DNA from: Pyrobaculum sp.
Lineage (GTDB): Archaea > Thermoproteota > Thermoprotei > Thermoproteales > Thermoproteaceae
NCBI GenBank assembly: GCA_046293555.1
Contig: JBKBOT010000011.1
Location: forward strand, 1-48,889
Direction: 5' to 3'
DNA: 48,889 nucleotides
The notes beneath the pieces were generated by a model. That model did no database searches. It saw only the letters and a list, made by a program, of their open reading frames with translations, and had not been told where the DNA came from. The position numbers and the translations under genes are program-made. Shown in pieces: positions 20,316 through 30,658 of the stretch (positions are counted from its first letter, which is position 1; every line of letters begins with the position of its first letter).

Positions 20316-20632
20316 AGCCCTAACTGTAAAGTTTTTTAAACACACTGACATGTACATGATGTACAGCAAGTGGAGAGTATCTGTGTTGTCCTTCGCCACG
20401 TGGCTCATTTACGCAATAACCGCCGAATCTTTTGGAGTTCCTCTTCCGCTTTGCGGCATTGACCCAAGAGATGTCTTCAAAAGAAAATCGGCGAAGATGA
20501 AGAGGAGTACACGAAAAGAGTTCTGGGAAAGGCTGGATATCAGGGAGAAGACGCTCACATTTTCCATCGGGATTTCACCACAACGCGGCTTTAACTAGAT
20601 TAAAGTTTTTAAACATACGCCATAGGCACGAC

Positions 20633-21319
20633 ATGCGGAGAGTACTAATAAGCGTTTTATCCACAATAGCCTTCGCCGCGATGTTAACTTTTTTCCCCGG
20701 CGACTATTTTACAGTCCTCCTACTTTACTTTGCCATATTTTTTGCGATATCCATATTTATGGGGGCTAGGTCGCTCAAAAGGGGGCTTGCGGCAGCCCGG
20801 GAGATATCTAAGGGAAGGCCCATCCTGGAAATTGACGAGAAGGAAATAATGAAGTTAATGGAAAAAGACAAGGAGTTGGTAAACGAATTTAGGAAATTCA
20901 GCCGCGGCGCATTTACGCCTCTACTCTTACTCCCACTTTTTATACTAATCGCCGTGACTCTCTTCCCCACGCTCCCACCTGTGGCAAAACAGGCCCTCGG
21001 CCCCCACGTAGGGGAACACCTGGCCTTATTTCTCAGCTATACGGCCATATTTGGGCTATTTACTGCAATCTCTCTGGCGTTATTTAAGCCGCCCGTAATG
21101 CCTAGAATAGCCAGAAGTGTGAAGATATATGAAGGCGGCGTGGTGATAGACAAAAACCTAGGCCTAAAGACCCCCATAGAGGTAAACGAATATAAAGTCA
21201 ATATAGAGAGAAAGTATGTAGAATTTAAACTAAATAACCAAATCTTTAGGATCTATTATAAAGATGTAAAAGAACTTGATGGTATTTTATCAAAAATTGT
21301 TAAGCCTTTAAAACAGTGA
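20633..21319 (+). CDS. Crenarchaeal membrane protein (DUF2208-like)
   Basis: Two pairs of TM segments separated by 'LMEKDKEL..E', C-terminal 'RKYVEF' soluble domain. Confidence 0.7.
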   Translation: MRRVLISVLSTIAFAAMLTFFPGDYFTVLLLYFAIFFAISIFMGARSLKRGLAAAREISKGRPILEIDEKEIMKLMEKDKELVNEFRKFSRGAFTPLLLLPLFILIAVTLFPTLPPVAKQALGPHVGEHLALFLSYTAIFGLFTAISLALFKPPVMPRIARSVKIYEGGVVIDKNLGLKTPIEVNEYKVNIERKYVEFKLNNQIFRIYYKDVKELDGILSKIVKPLKQ

Positions 21320-21619
21320 GGCAAGGGAGCCTGCGATCTCCTCTTCGCTAGGTCCTTTCTTCTCCTCTTCTTTCTCCTCCTTAGCTGGGACCTGCGGCGC
21401 TGTTGTCGCGACAGCCGGCGCGGCGGGCACTGCGGCTGGAGCAAAGGCAGCCGATTTAACAGCCTCGTCGATATTTACCTCTTTTAACGCCGCGACTAGA
21501 GTCTTCACTCTGACCTCATCTGGAGATATGCCGGCGGCTTGAAGCACCTTGGCTATATTTTCCTCAGTTATTTCCTGTTTGGCGTAGTGTAACAACAAGG
21601 CGGTGTATATATACTCCAT
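21308..21619 (-). CDS. rpl12p: 50S ribosomal stalk protein P1 (L12p)
   Basis: [11 protein letters not shown] start, Ala/Pro hinge, acidic tail [12 protein letters not shown]. Confidence 0.97.
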   Translation of the reverse strand: MEYIYTALLLHYAKQEITEENIAKVLQAAGISPDEVRVKTLVAALKEVNIDEAVKSAAFAPAAVPAAPAVATTAPQVPAKEEKEEEKKGPSEEEIAGSLASLF

Positions 21620-21651
21620 GAGAGCTGTGAGAATAAGACCTTTAAAAATTT

Positions 21652-21855
21652 TCAAACCTCCTCAATTTTGATATTTTTTGCTTTTAGTTCGGAGATCACC
21701 CGTTCTGCCTTGTCGGGAGGCAGCTTTATGGTGTACAAATAGCCGGCAAGCCTCGCCTTGAGTTTTACATAATCTTGATACCGCTTTACTCTCACCTCTT
21801 CTGCCCTCTCGCCGTATTTTTTCCAAAGCTCTAATAGGAAAAGCTCTTTAGGCAT
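21652..21855 (-). CDS. rpl38e: 50S ribosomal protein eL38
   Basis: MPKE...VRVKR...VKLKAR...YLYTIKL..DKAE matches L38e (MPRK..VKIKK..VKFKVR..YLYTL). TTTATAAA lies 20-27 nt upstream of ATG 21855. Confidence 0.85.
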   Translation of the reverse strand: MPKELFLLELWKKYGERAEEVRVKRYQDYVKLKARLAGYLYTIKLPPDKAERVISELKAKNIKIEEV

Positions 21856-21883
21856 AAGGCCACTCATTGGGCTGTTTATAAAT

Positions 21884-21941
21884 TTTGGCCGGGGTAACCC
21901 GCCAGGCTCATACGCCCCCCTACAGGGGTGTTGCCTAGGGC
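21884..21941 (-). ncRNA. Putative non-canonical H/ACA-like pseudouridylation guide RNA
   Basis: Intergenic island of about 70% GC. Minus strand: GCC-CU-AGGC-AA...AUGA-GCCU-GGC (stem with K-turn-like motif), then 14-nt tail GGGUUACCCCGGCC and AAA. TATAAAAA at 21969-21962 predicts a start near 21941. Confidence 0.55.
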
Positions 21942-21977
21942 ATATAAGATATACATGCCCCTTTTTATACTTTACTT

Positions 21978-22027
21978 GTGATGACGCCGCTGAGCGGCGA
22001 CATGTGAGCAATTTGTCAGCCGGCTGA
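21978..22027 (+). ncRNA. Box C/D methylation-guide sRNA candidate
   Basis: GTGATGA-CGCCGCTGAGCG-GCGA-CATGTGA-GCAATTTGTCAGCCGG-CTGA, followed by a T-run. TATAAGATA lies about 25-30 nt upstream. Confidence 0.85.
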
Positions 22028-22055
22028 GTTTTTAATAAAGAGGTCACTACCATCT

Positions 22056-22964
22056 GTGTTGTTTAGAAGAGCGAGGGGAGACGGGCCCAGGCTTTTAAGA
22101 GAGGAGTTAACACATCCCGGGATTGTGTTGGTGCCGGGGGTCTTCAACGCCCTCACGGCGTTAATGGCCCAAAGCCTCGGCTTTAAGGCAGTGTACGTCT
22201 CTGGCGCCGCCGTGACGGCCTCTATGGCTCTCCCAGACCTGGGGCTAATCACTATGGACGAGATGGTGAAAACAGTGAAGTATATAGTAGACGCCGTAGA
22301 TATCCCCATAATTGTGGATATAGATACGGGATATGGAGAGGTTTTAAACGTCATGAGGACAGTCCGCGAGCTTGAGGCAGTGGGGGCCGCTGGGGTTCAG
22401 ATAGAGGACCAGGTAATGCCAAAAAAATGTGGACACCTCTCGGGAAAGGCCCTAATCCCGCCGGAAGACATGATGAAAAAAATTAAAGCCGCGGTGGAGG
22501 CCAGGAGGGATCCAGACTTTGTAATTATCGCCAGGACGGATGCCGCAAGCGTGACGGGTTTTGAAGACGCAGTAGAGAGAGCCTATATGTACGTAGAGGC
22601 TGGCGCCGACGTGATATTCCCAGAGGCGTTAAGAAGCGAGGAGGAGTTTAGAGAGTTTGCCAGGAGGGTAAAGGCGCCGCTTCTAGCAAACATGACGGAA
22701 TTTGGGGTGTCGCCGTTAATTCCAGCCAGGAGGCTTGAGGAGTTTGGATACAAATTTGTCATATTTCCAGTCACCGCCTTGAGAGTAGCCATGTATTTCA
22801 TCAGAGAGGTGTTAAAAACAATTAAAGAGGGGGGAACACAGGCGGCTTGGCTGGACAAGATGTTTACAAGAAAGGAGCTATACGACCTCATTAGATATCA
22901 CGAATATGAGAAGATAGATGGCGAAATAGCTAAATATATAGACATGAGGCGGCGTTATGGATAG
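22056..22964 (+). CDS. prpB: 2-methylisocitrate lyase
   Basis: YVSGA, LPDLG, DIDTGYG, IEDQ..PKKCGH, ARTDA, ANMTEFG. Confidence 0.95.
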   Translation: MLFRRARGDGPRLLREELTHPGIVLVPGVFNALTALMAQSLGFKAVYVSGAAVTASMALPDLGLITMDEMVKTVKYIVDAVDIPIIVDIDTGYGEVLNVMRTVRELEAVGAAGVQIEDQVMPKKCGHLSGKALIPPEDMMKKIKAAVEARRDPDFVIIARTDAASVTGFEDAVERAYMYVEAGADVIFPEALRSEEEFREFARRVKAPLLANMTEFGVSPLIPARRLEEFGYKFVIFPVTALRVAMYFIREVLKTIKEGGTQAAWLDKMFTRKELYDLIRYHEYEKIDGEIAKYIDMRRRYG

Positions 22965-24318
22965 AATAACAAAAATACTTGCAGAATACACCACGGCAGT
23001 TAACTTCTCCAAGATAACGGCAGAGGTCAGACATGAGGCTAAACGTAGAGTTATAGACTCTGTCGCCGTGGCTTTTGCCGCATATACCGCAGAGCCTGTG
23101 GCAATAGCCAGAAGGGTGGCCTCTAGGTTTCTCACGGAGAGGGGGGCTAGAGTCATGGGGACTAGCTATAAGACAAGTCCAGACGTCGCCACGTTTGTAA
23201 ACGGGCTGATGATTAGATATCACGACTATAACGACACATATCTCTCAAAAGAGCCCCTACATCCAAGCGACTTAATTGCCGCAGCTCTCTCTATCGGCGA
23301 GCATGTAGACGCCAGGGGCACAGACCTAATTACAGCCATAGCCATTGGCTACGAGGCCTCAGTTTCTTTCTGCGATGGGGGGACTTTACGGAAGAGGGGG
23401 TGGGATCACGTAAACTTTTTGGGTGTTGGGAGCACGTTAGCCGCCTCGAAGCTATTGGGGCTAGACACCACAAAAATTCAACACGCCTTGGCGCTATATG
23501 TAATCCCCCATGCCGCCATGCGTCAAACAAGAGTGGGCGAGTTGAGCATGTGGAAAGGCGCGGCGGCCGCCAACGCTAGCCGCAACGCCGTTTTTGCCTC
23601 CCTGTTGGCACAAGAGGGGTTTACAGGACCTTACAAGCCCTTTGAGGGAGAGATGGGCTTCTTCAGACAGTTACTACAGGGGGATTTCGACATGACTGCA
23701 TTAAAAAGCCTGGAGGGGGGGAGGCCTCCCAGGAGGATACTAGATACATACATAAAGCCATACCCTGTGGAGTACCACGCACAAGCCGCCGTAGAGGCGG
23801 CGTTAGGGCTTAGAGAAAGAGTGAGGCTAGAGGAGATAGAGAAGGTCGTAATTGACACATATGAGGCTGCCTACACCATAATTGGCCCTAAGGACCCCGA
23901 GAAGTGGGATCCACACACCAGAGAGACTGCAGACCACTCCCTCATGTGGGTTACCGCCGCGGCGTTAGTCTGGGGGCCAATTGAGATCTGGCACTATAAA
24001 GACGTCAGAAACCCCCAGGTGTTAGCCTTGATGAAAAAGATGGAGGTACGTCTAGACCCGGAGTTCGACAAGCAGTACCCACAGGCGTTCCCCACGGCCA
24101 TCACTATAGTCACTAAAGGCGGGAGTAAATACGGCGAGAGGGTAGACTACCCAAAGGGACATCCCAAAAACCCCATGTCTGACAGAGAGCTAGAGGAGAA
24201 ATACCACAAGCTGACTAGAGACGTCCTCCCGGAAGAAAACAGGAAAAAGGCGCTAGAAATAATGTGGCAACTAGAGAAATACGACGTGGCTGACCTCCTA
24301 GACGCCCTGGCGGTCTAA
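22957..24318 (+). CDS. prpD: 2-methylcitrate dehydratase (MmgE/PrpD)
   Basis: RYHDYNDT...HPSD, WDHV, R.GELS.WKG.A, RETADHSL, PKGHP. Overlaps prpB. Confidence 0.95.
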   Translation: MDRITKILAEYTTAVNFSKITAEVRHEAKRRVIDSVAVAFAAYTAEPVAIARRVASRFLTERGARVMGTSYKTSPDVATFVNGLMIRYHDYNDTYLSKEPLHPSDLIAAALSIGEHVDARGTDLITAIAIGYEASVSFCDGGTLRKRGWDHVNFLGVGSTLAASKLLGLDTTKIQHALALYVIPHAAMRQTRVGELSMWKGAAAANASRNAVFASLLAQEGFTGPYKPFEGEMGFFRQLLQGDFDMTALKSLEGGRPPRRILDTYIKPYPVEYHAQAAVEAALGLRERVRLEEIEKVVIDTYEAAYTIIGPKDPEKWDPHTRETADHSLMWVTAAALVWGPIEIWHYKDVRNPQVLALMKKMEVRLDPEFDKQYPQAFPTAITIVTKGGSKYGERVDYPKGHPKNPMSDRELEEKYHKLTRDVLPEENRKKALEIMWQLEKYDVADLLDALAV

Positions 24319-25280
24319 CGTTTTTCCGCACGCCAGTCCACCAGGGCGTGGACCGGCTTCCCCTTTATTTTCATCACATGCGCCGTGGCCGATAGCGCGG
24401 CCGCCACCCCCATTGCCGCGGAGATCACCGCCTGTTTATATGGATACGCCACTATGTCCCCCGCCGCAAATACGCCGGGGGTTTTAGTCCTCCCCTCCCA
24501 ATCCGCCCTTATCTCCCCCCTCTCGTTTAGCTCCACCAGGTGTTTCACAAAATCGCTTTTAGTCACATAGCCCACCTCTATAAATACGGCCGAGACTGGG
24601 AGCTCTTGTAGCTCGCCGCCTTTCTTGTTTCTCACCAAGATGGATCTCACCTTTGTGTCGCCTCTTATCTCTACAACCTCGCTGTTAGGCACCAACACGG
24701 CTTTCCCCACTTTTAGCACCTGTTCTAAAAACTCGTCGTCATGTATGGGCTTTTCTGAGGGGTATATCCAGTAGAACTTATTGGCCACTGAGGAGAGTAT
24801 TGTCGCCGGCTCTCTGGCCAAGTCGCCCCAGCTCACCAGAGCTATATCCTGCCCTTTGAAAAACGGCGCGTCGCAAATAGCACAATAGGAGACGCCTCTG
24901 TTTTTAAACTTGGCCTCTCCAGAGACGCCCAGCTCTTTAGGCGTTTTGCCAAAAGCGAGGATTACAGCTAGGCTTTTGTACTCATCGCCCCCCTCAGTTC
25001 TCACCACAAAGATATCTCCTATCTTCTCTACTGACTTCACCTCGTCAAAAATTATCTCGGCGCCAAAGGCCCTCGCCTGTTGTTCTACCCTCTTCGCCAG
25101 CTCCGGCCCCGAGATCTTAGGTATTGCGGGATAGTTCTCAATTAGTGTAGTCATGTTCAACTGGCCGCCTAGGTCTTTGCTAATAACTAGGGTTTTTAAC
25201 CTCTGGCGTGCCGTATATAAAGCAGCCGAAAGGCCGGCGATGCCCGCGCCTATTATAACGACGTCGTATTGAGCCTCCAC
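24315..25280 (-). CDS. trxB: Thioredoxin reductase
   Basis: GAGIAG, IENYP, GVSYCAICD, PGVFAAGD. Confidence 0.93.
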   Translation of the reverse strand: MEAQYDVVIIGAGIAGLSAALYTARQRLKTLVISKDLGGQLNMTTLIENYPAIPKISGPELAKRVEQQARAFGAEIIFDEVKSVEKIGDIFVVRTEGGDEYKSLAVILAFGKTPKELGVSGEAKFKNRGVSYCAICDAPFFKGQDIALVSWGDLAREPATILSSVANKFYWIYPSEKPIHDDEFLEQVLKVGKAVLVPNSEVVEIRGDTKVRSILVRNKKGGELQELPVSAVFIEVGYVTKSDFVKHLVELNERGEIRADWEGRTKTPGVFAAGDIVAYPYKQAVISAAMGVAAALSATAHVMKIKGKPVHALVDWRAEKR

Positions 25281-25335
25281 GACCTCTCTAGGTTTGCCAT
25301 ATATAAGTTTTTAAATAGACATAATTAACGGCTTG

Positions 25336-25803
25336 ATGGCCACAAAAGGACAAGAGGCGCAGAAGGGGAGACAGGGGTGGATAACGCCCACAGTCATACC
25401 CCCAGAGGAGTGGGGCACCTTTAGATATAGGGGAAAGACGTTAGAAGAGCTGTTATCTATGTCTATGGACGAGTTTATTAAACTCCTGCCGGCACGTCAG
25501 AGGAGGAGCTTGAGGCGGGGGTTAAAGCCAGAACACAAGAAGCTACTAGAAAAAATCAGGAAGGCCAAAAGAGGCCAGGGGAAGAAGGTAATTAGGACAC
25601 ATTGTAGAGATATGATAATCCTCCCGGAAATGGTGGGACTCACAATCCATATCTATAACGGCATTACGTACATACCTGTCTTCATCTCGCCTTGGCATAT
25701 AGGGCACTATCTAGGCGAGTTTGTGTTAACTACAAAAGTTGTCCAACATGGGGAGCCTGGCCTAAAGGCCACAAAGTCATCGCTACACGTTGCGGCAAAA
25801 TGA
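25336..25803 (+). CDS. rps19p: 30S ribosomal protein uS19
   Basis: [33 protein letters not shown]. Confidence 0.97.
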   Translation: MATKGQEAQKGRQGWITPTVIPPEEWGTFRYRGKTLEELLSMSMDEFIKLLPARQRRSLRRGLKPEHKKLLEKIRKAKRGQGKKVIRTHCRDMIILPEMVGLTIHIYNGITYIPVFISPWHIGHYLGEFVLTTKVVQHGEPGLKATKSSLHVAAK

Positions 25804-26204
25804 CAGTAGTCAGACTGCAGGCAAGGCCGCGTGTTGGCGACGTGGTTACTTTGCCAAACGGCAAGAAAATCGCCGTGAGAAATATCGGCATACCTTTCCT
25901 CCAGCCCCCAGAGGCCGTTTGCGACGACCCTCTATGTCCCTGGCATGGACGCCTAAAGGTGAGGTTAAAGCTACTTGAGGTAACTGTAGAAAAAGCCAGA
26001 ATGCACAAAGCGGCTGTAGTGATACACCAGTGGGTACATTACATAAAGAAGTACAACCGCTACGAGCGTAGGAGGCGTAGGATGTCCGTCAGAGTGCCAG
26101 AATGTATAGAAGTAAAGCCTGGAGATGTGGTCATAATTGCAGAAACAAGGCCCCTATCTAAGACCATCTCGTGGGTTGTTATAGGCAAAACTCACCAGCG
26201 GTAA
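25800..26204 (+). CDS. rps17p: 30S ribosomal protein uS17
   Basis: [30 protein letters not shown] at 25800 overlaps the uS19 stop (ATGA). Confidence 0.96.
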   Translation: MTVVRLQARPRVGDVVTLPNGKKIAVRNIGIPFLQPPEAVCDDPLCPWHGRLKVRLKLLEVTVEKARMHKAAVVIHQWVHYIKKYNRYERRRRRMSVRVPECIEVKPGDVVIIAETRPLSKTISWVVIGKTHQR

Positions 26205-27268
26205 TCCCACCGCCACTCGGCCCCCAGCTCTATTTCCCCCAAGTCGCAACCCCGGGGCTCTTTAACGGCCTTGTTAAACACATACGCCAACGGCGTGATT
26301 ACACGTCTGACGCCAACTACGTCTACCAACGCAAAAAACGGCTGGTAGCCAAGTCCCCACTCGTAGCCATGTAGAAAGCTCCACCAGATGGCCGCCACTG
26401 GCTTTATCCGGCTGAATATTGTGGCCATGGCGCAGAGGTATTTCAACCTAAGCTGGTGGTCTCGAGACGCCACGCCGAATTCAGTTACGGCAAGAGGCGT
26501 TGGCGGCTTCACCTCCAGGAGGGCGCCGGGCCTAAGTACAAAACGTAGAGAGAAATCCTCATATCTCCCCACGACGTAGAAGTTTATAGATGTGTAATCC
26601 ATCTCTCTAAACATAGATAGATACCTAGAGTTTTGGATATTTACAAAAAAGGCCACAGGCTTGAAGATCACATCTCTTGTCTCAAGTCTGGTGTATGAAT
26701 ATGTAAAAGAGGTGGAAACGCCATAGGACTTAAGTATATCCCTCGCCGCAAGGATTGTAGAGGTTATATTCCCCTCAGCTCTCTTCATGTGTTTTGGCGA
26801 GAGGAAGCCAAAGGGGGGCAGCTGCCCCCTTATATATGCAAGAAAGAGGTACATGTTGGGCTCGTTAAATATCAGCGCGACGTCTATCAACCTGCCTAAC
26901 TCCCTCCCCACCACCTCTACGTACGACAGAAAACGTCTGGCCACCTCTCTACTCTCCCACCCGCCGTATTTCCACACCCACCGGGGGTTCGTGAAGTGGT
27001 GTAACGTAACCCAGGCCCCCAACCCCCGCCTCCTTATCGAGCCTAGGTAGTCTTCAAACAGCCTTAACGCCTCTCTGTCGTATTTACCCTCTTTAGGCTC
27101 CACAAGAGCCCACTCCACGCCCGTGCGGAAGACCTCAAGCCCGATAGATTTGGCTAGGTCTAGGTCCTCCTCGTAGAAAAATATGTGGGAGGCCCCCCTC
27201 TCGTCTGGGAGGTCGCAGTGACAAAAACCGAAGTGTTGATATGGGGAAACCGCGGCCCCCGCCAGCAC
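26192..27268 (-). CDS. Glycoside hydrolase family 1 (beta-glycosidase), compact form
   Basis: FRTGVEW, TLHHFTNP.W, acid/base FNEP, nucleophile VTEFG, YEW..GY. Confidence 0.9.
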   Translation of the reverse strand: MLAGAAVSPYQHFGFCHCDLPDERGASHIFFYEEDLDLAKSIGLEVFRTGVEWALVEPKEGKYDREALRLFEDYLGSIRRRGLGAWVTLHHFTNPRWVWKYGGWESREVARRFLSYVEVVGRELGRLIDVALIFNEPNMYLFLAYIRGQLPPFGFLSPKHMKRAEGNITSTILAARDILKSYGVSTSFTYSYTRLETRDVIFKPVAFFVNIQNSRYLSMFREMDYTSINFYVVGRYEDFSLRFVLRPGALLEVKPPTPLAVTEFGVASRDHQLRLKYLCAMATIFSRIKPVAAIWWSFLHGYEWGLGYQPFFALVDVVGVRRVITPLAYVFNKAVKEPRGCDLGEIELGAEWRWDYRW

Positions 27269-27690
27269 TACCGTAGGATTAACACAGAGGTGTTGGCAGC
27301 AATGGCAACGGCGATAGAGGTGCTGTTATACAAGAGCGCAGAGGCCCCGTAGTACCCTCTAGACAGGAGCATCACCATGTCGTAACTGTTTTCAGAAAGC
27401 TCCTTCACGATTTCTGACGCTATGGTCTCGCTTTCGCCAAGTTTTCTGACCTTAAAGCTGTGTTTCACGCCTTTTTTCAGGAAGTCTTCTACCATCTTTT
27501 TTAGCTGGTCTATAGCCGGGTCCCCCTCGCCTGTGGTTATGTAGAGAAACACAATGTCGGCGCCATATCTCTCGCCGAAGTCTACAGCCACGCTTAATAG
27601 CTCTTTCAGCCTGGCGGGGCTCATTAACGATATGGGGACTAGTATCTTTCTGAACTTATAGGCCAGCTCGTAGGAAGGCTCGTCAACCAT
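27268..27690 (-). CDS. Universal stress protein (UspA family)
   Basis: FRKILVP...[10 protein letters not shown]...SVLILR. ATG at 27690 overlaps the 3' end of gap. Confidence 0.8.
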   Translation of the reverse strand: MVDEPSYELAYKFRKILVPISLMSPARLKELLSVAVDFGERYGADIVFLYITTGEGDPAIDQLKKMVEDFLKKGVKHSFKVRKLGESETIASEIVKELSENSYDMVMLLSRGYYGASALLYNSTSIAVAIAANTSVLILR

Positions 27691-28717
27691 ACCTCTTCCC
27701 GTCTGTAACCAACTTGAGACTTCTGTCTGTCTTCTCGATGGATTGCCACTTAGGCGCGCGGGCAAACACCGCCCTAATGACGTCTATATTTTCGGGCACC
27801 ACTATAGACTCCTGGTGTACTCCATACATTAGGTACAGCTCGTTTCTACTTGCCGTAATGGAGTCTCTAAATATAGCCACCTCCTGGAAGTCCCCCCTCG
27901 GCCTCCCCAGATCTCTCGCATATTCTATAACCTGGGCGAGGCTTTGGAAGCCGGCGTTTACGTCAGCCAGGAAGATCCTTGGGGTTTTGGCAAAAGCCTC
28001 CTCGATAAATTCCCTCTTGTATTCACCATCTAGCTCTAAATACATCATGTGCATGTGCATAATGGTGACAGGCACGGCTACAGCCATGGTGACTATGTCT
28101 ATGTTCTTAAGTACTGTCTGTACGTCGGGGCCGTGGTGACTTGGCACAGTGGCGGGGTTGGGCACCACGTCGTTTATGGGGCCCTTCTTGTGTTCCTTGG
28201 GGTCCGCGCCGCGGCGGGCTATAAAGACCCGCGCCTTTTTTACCCCCACGCCGTTGAGCATAAGGGAGGTTAACACCCTAATTATGCCGGTGGTGTTACA
28301 ACTCACCACTCTTACATACCGCCTCCCAGCCGCCTCCTCATAGTTGGCGAGGGCGTTAAAGCTCACCTCAGCCACGTCGGCATCCTCGCCGCCTTGAAAC
28401 ACCACAGGTCTGTCGTGATGCTGGTAGTACTTCTCCTTGTTTTCTCTACCCACATCTTCGGGGGAGGCGTCTATAACCACGTCGGAGGCCTTGATTAGAT
28501 CCTCCACAACGCCTGCTACCTCGATGCCGGCTTTCCTAAATTTCTCCACCCTATCTGGGGTTGTGTATATGGGGAGGCCCCTCCTGGCGGCGATTTTAGC
28601 CTCGTAGTCTGGCGTCATCTTCACCACGCCTACAGTCTTCATGTCGTCTTGAACAGCAATGGCGTCTACAATACGTTTTCCAATAGTGCCGTATCCAGCT
28701 ACCCCAACTTTAATCAT
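27683..28717 (-). CDS. gap: Phosphorylating glyceraldehyde-3-phosphate dehydrogenase (archaeal type II)
   Basis: [36 protein letters not shown]. Confidence 0.97.
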   Translation of the reverse strand: MIKVGVAGYGTIGKRIVDAIAVQDDMKTVGVVKMTPDYEAKIAARRGLPIYTTPDRVEKFRKAGIEVAGVVEDLIKASDVVIDASPEDVGRENKEKYYQHHDRPVVFQGGEDADVAEVSFNALANYEEAAGRRYVRVVSCNTTGIIRVLTSLMLNGVGVKKARVFIARRGADPKEHKKGPINDVVPNPATVPSHHGPDVQTVLKNIDIVTMAVAVPVTIMHMHMMYLELDGEYKREFIEEAFAKTPRIFLADVNAGFQSLAQVIEYARDLGRPRGDFQEVAIFRDSITASRNELYLMYGVHQESIVVPENIDVIRAVFARAPKWQSIEKTDRSLKLVTDGKRYG

Positions 28718-29933
28718 GGCCAAACTTCTTTGTAGAGATTAATAAAGCTCTCACCGCCGGCATCTCCTCGCCCCCAATGGTCTGTATAAAGGCGCGGCCG
28801 CCCGTAGAGACGTGAAAAGCCTTCACGCCGGCTTTCTCTGCGGCCATTATGGTGTGCCCCCCGCCGAGGATCAGCCTCCTGTTTGCCGCATGTCTCAGCA
28901 GCTCTAAGGTGCCCGTGGCAAACCTCTCGTCTTCAATATAGCCCATGGGGCCGCTGAAGATAACAATTTCGCTCTGTTCTATAAGCTCTCTATATTGGAT
29001 AACTGTAGATCTCCCCACGTCTAGCGGGGCTTGGGTAAGCGAGTAGATATCCACATCTATCCTCCCGTTTTGATTAATTGCGAAATCTATCGGGGCGTAG
29101 ACGCGGCTGCCGTATTTCTCCAAGATCTGTCTGGCTTTATCTATATAGGGCAGGAACCCACCCCTGTCTATCTCCTGCTTAATTAGGCTATTCATAACCC
29201 CATATCTCGCCATGGAGAACACAAACCCCACGAGCCCCCCTGTGGCTATCCTCTCCACGTAGTTGTTTTTCAATAGCTGCTCCATGGCCTTCATGGTGTC
29301 TGAAATCTTGGCGCCGCCCGCCAGTAGCAACACCCCCCTCCCCCTTTTTTCAAAAACTGTGCCCAGTGCCCTGAGCTCTTTTTCAAACACTACGCCCATA
29401 CAGGAGGGCATCACTAGGGGGAAGCCCACCACGCTGGGTTGAGACCTATGCGCCACCGCAAATCCGTCAAACACAAAATAGTTCCCTAGAGGCGCCAGCT
29501 TGCGGACAAACATGGACTCCGCCTGGGCTTCTGGCACTTTCTCGATAATCTCTTCAGACAACATCCTCACGTTTTCTAGCAGTAATATCTCGCCTTCCTT
29601 CAGCTCTTTTATCTGCCTTCTGGCCTCTGGCCCAATGACGTCATCTACAAACTTTATGGGTCTGTCTAGATACTTCTCAAGATAGGGCTTATGTAGCTCC
29701 AACGTGGTGAAGTCCTCCTGCCCCGGCCTCCCCTGGTGTGCTAACACCACTGCCTTGGCGCCTGCGTCAGAGGCTATACGTAAGGTGATAGAATGTGCCC
29801 TAATTCTATAGTCGTCAACTATCTTCCCCTGGACAATTGGCGAGTTTATATCTATTCTTATAAATAGTGTTTTACCTCTTTTTAAGCAGTTATCTATATT
29901 TGGCAACTGGTCTAAAATATCATTTACCAACAT
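28710..29933 (-). CDS. pgk: Phosphoglycerate kinase
   Basis: RIDINSP, AHQGRP, LLENVR, AHRSQPS, GGAK, GGGHT, HVSTGG. Confidence 0.97.
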   Translation of the reverse strand: MLVNDILDQLPNIDNCLKRGKTLFIRIDINSPIVQGKIVDDYRIRAHSITLRIASDAGAKAVVLAHQGRPGQEDFTTLELHKPYLEKYLDRPIKFVDDVIGPEARRQIKELKEGEILLLENVRMLSEEIIEKVPEAQAESMFVRKLAPLGNYFVFDGFAVAHRSQPSVVGFPLVMPSCMGVVFEKELRALGTVFEKRGRGVLLLAGGAKISDTMKAMEQLLKNNYVERIATGGLVGFVFSMARYGVMNSLIKQEIDRGGFLPYIDKARQILEKYGSRVYAPIDFAINQNGRIDVDIYSLTQAPLDVGRSTVIQYRELIEQSEIVIFSGPMGYIEDERFATGTLELLRHAANRRLILGGGHTIMAAEKAGVKAFHVSTGGRAFIQTIGGEEMPAVRALLISTKKFGHD

Positions 29934-30056
29934 GGAGATAAGTAAAACTGAGATTAATAAGTATTATAGGTTTGTCTCACTATATAGACTATATATTTAG
30001 AACGGAGAGAAAGGAGCCGGGGCAAATGGTTATTAACAGTAGTTAAAGTGAAGGAC

Positions 30057-30632
30057 ATGCGTCTTGACAAATACAAAGACGCCTTGAGGCTAGTTGGAGA
30101 GGAACTAGACAAAAGAGAAATTGAATATATCCTAATTGGAAGTGCGGTCCTACTATTTCTATACAAAATAAATTACGACCCCAAGGATATAGACCTATTT
30201 ATTTTAAATAAATCTACAATACTAGACAGCGAGCTGTTTGAAAAAATAGCCCAAGAAAACGACTGGGACGTGGGCACTTCTGACCACGGCACTATGTATT
30301 ACGAAATTGTGTCTAGAGGCGAGATAGTGAGGATAGACCTCCTGGAGAACATCCTAGATATATACATACCCCTAGAGTTTTTTAAAGATGTCAAGAGGGT
30401 GAAAATAGACGGGACGGAGATAAAGTCTATCGGCTTGGAGGAGCTGTTGGTACTAAAGGCTAAGATAGCCACCAAAGAGGCGGAGGAGTTTATCAACGAG
30501 GCAGCCAGACTGGTGCTAGAAAACAACATAAAGCTTAACTACGAGAAGATGAAAAGCTATGCGGCCTTATATCCAGAAGACCACGAGGGGATATTAAAAA
30601 GACTTAGGAGAAACGGCATCTATGTAGAATAG
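30057..30632 (+). CDS. Nucleotidyltransferase-fold protein (DUF2204-like)
   Basis: 'ILIGS...KDIDLF' pol-beta NTase motif and 'LEELLVLKAK'. Confidence 0.75.
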   Translation: MRLDKYKDALRLVGEELDKREIEYILIGSAVLLFLYKINYDPKDIDLFILNKSTILDSELFEKIAQENDWDVGTSDHGTMYYEIVSRGEIVRIDLLENILDIYIPLEFFKDVKRVKIDGTEIKSIGLEELLVLKAKIATKEAEEFINEAARLVLENNIKLNYEKMKSYAALYPEDHEGILKRLRRNGIYVE

Positions 30633-30658
30633 TTTATAAGAGAGATATAGTAAGCCCC

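Noticed and set aside
21856-22053. N-terminal extension of the 133-aa ORF
   Set aside because: The real eL38 starts at 21855. The extension crosses promoters and two sRNA candidates.
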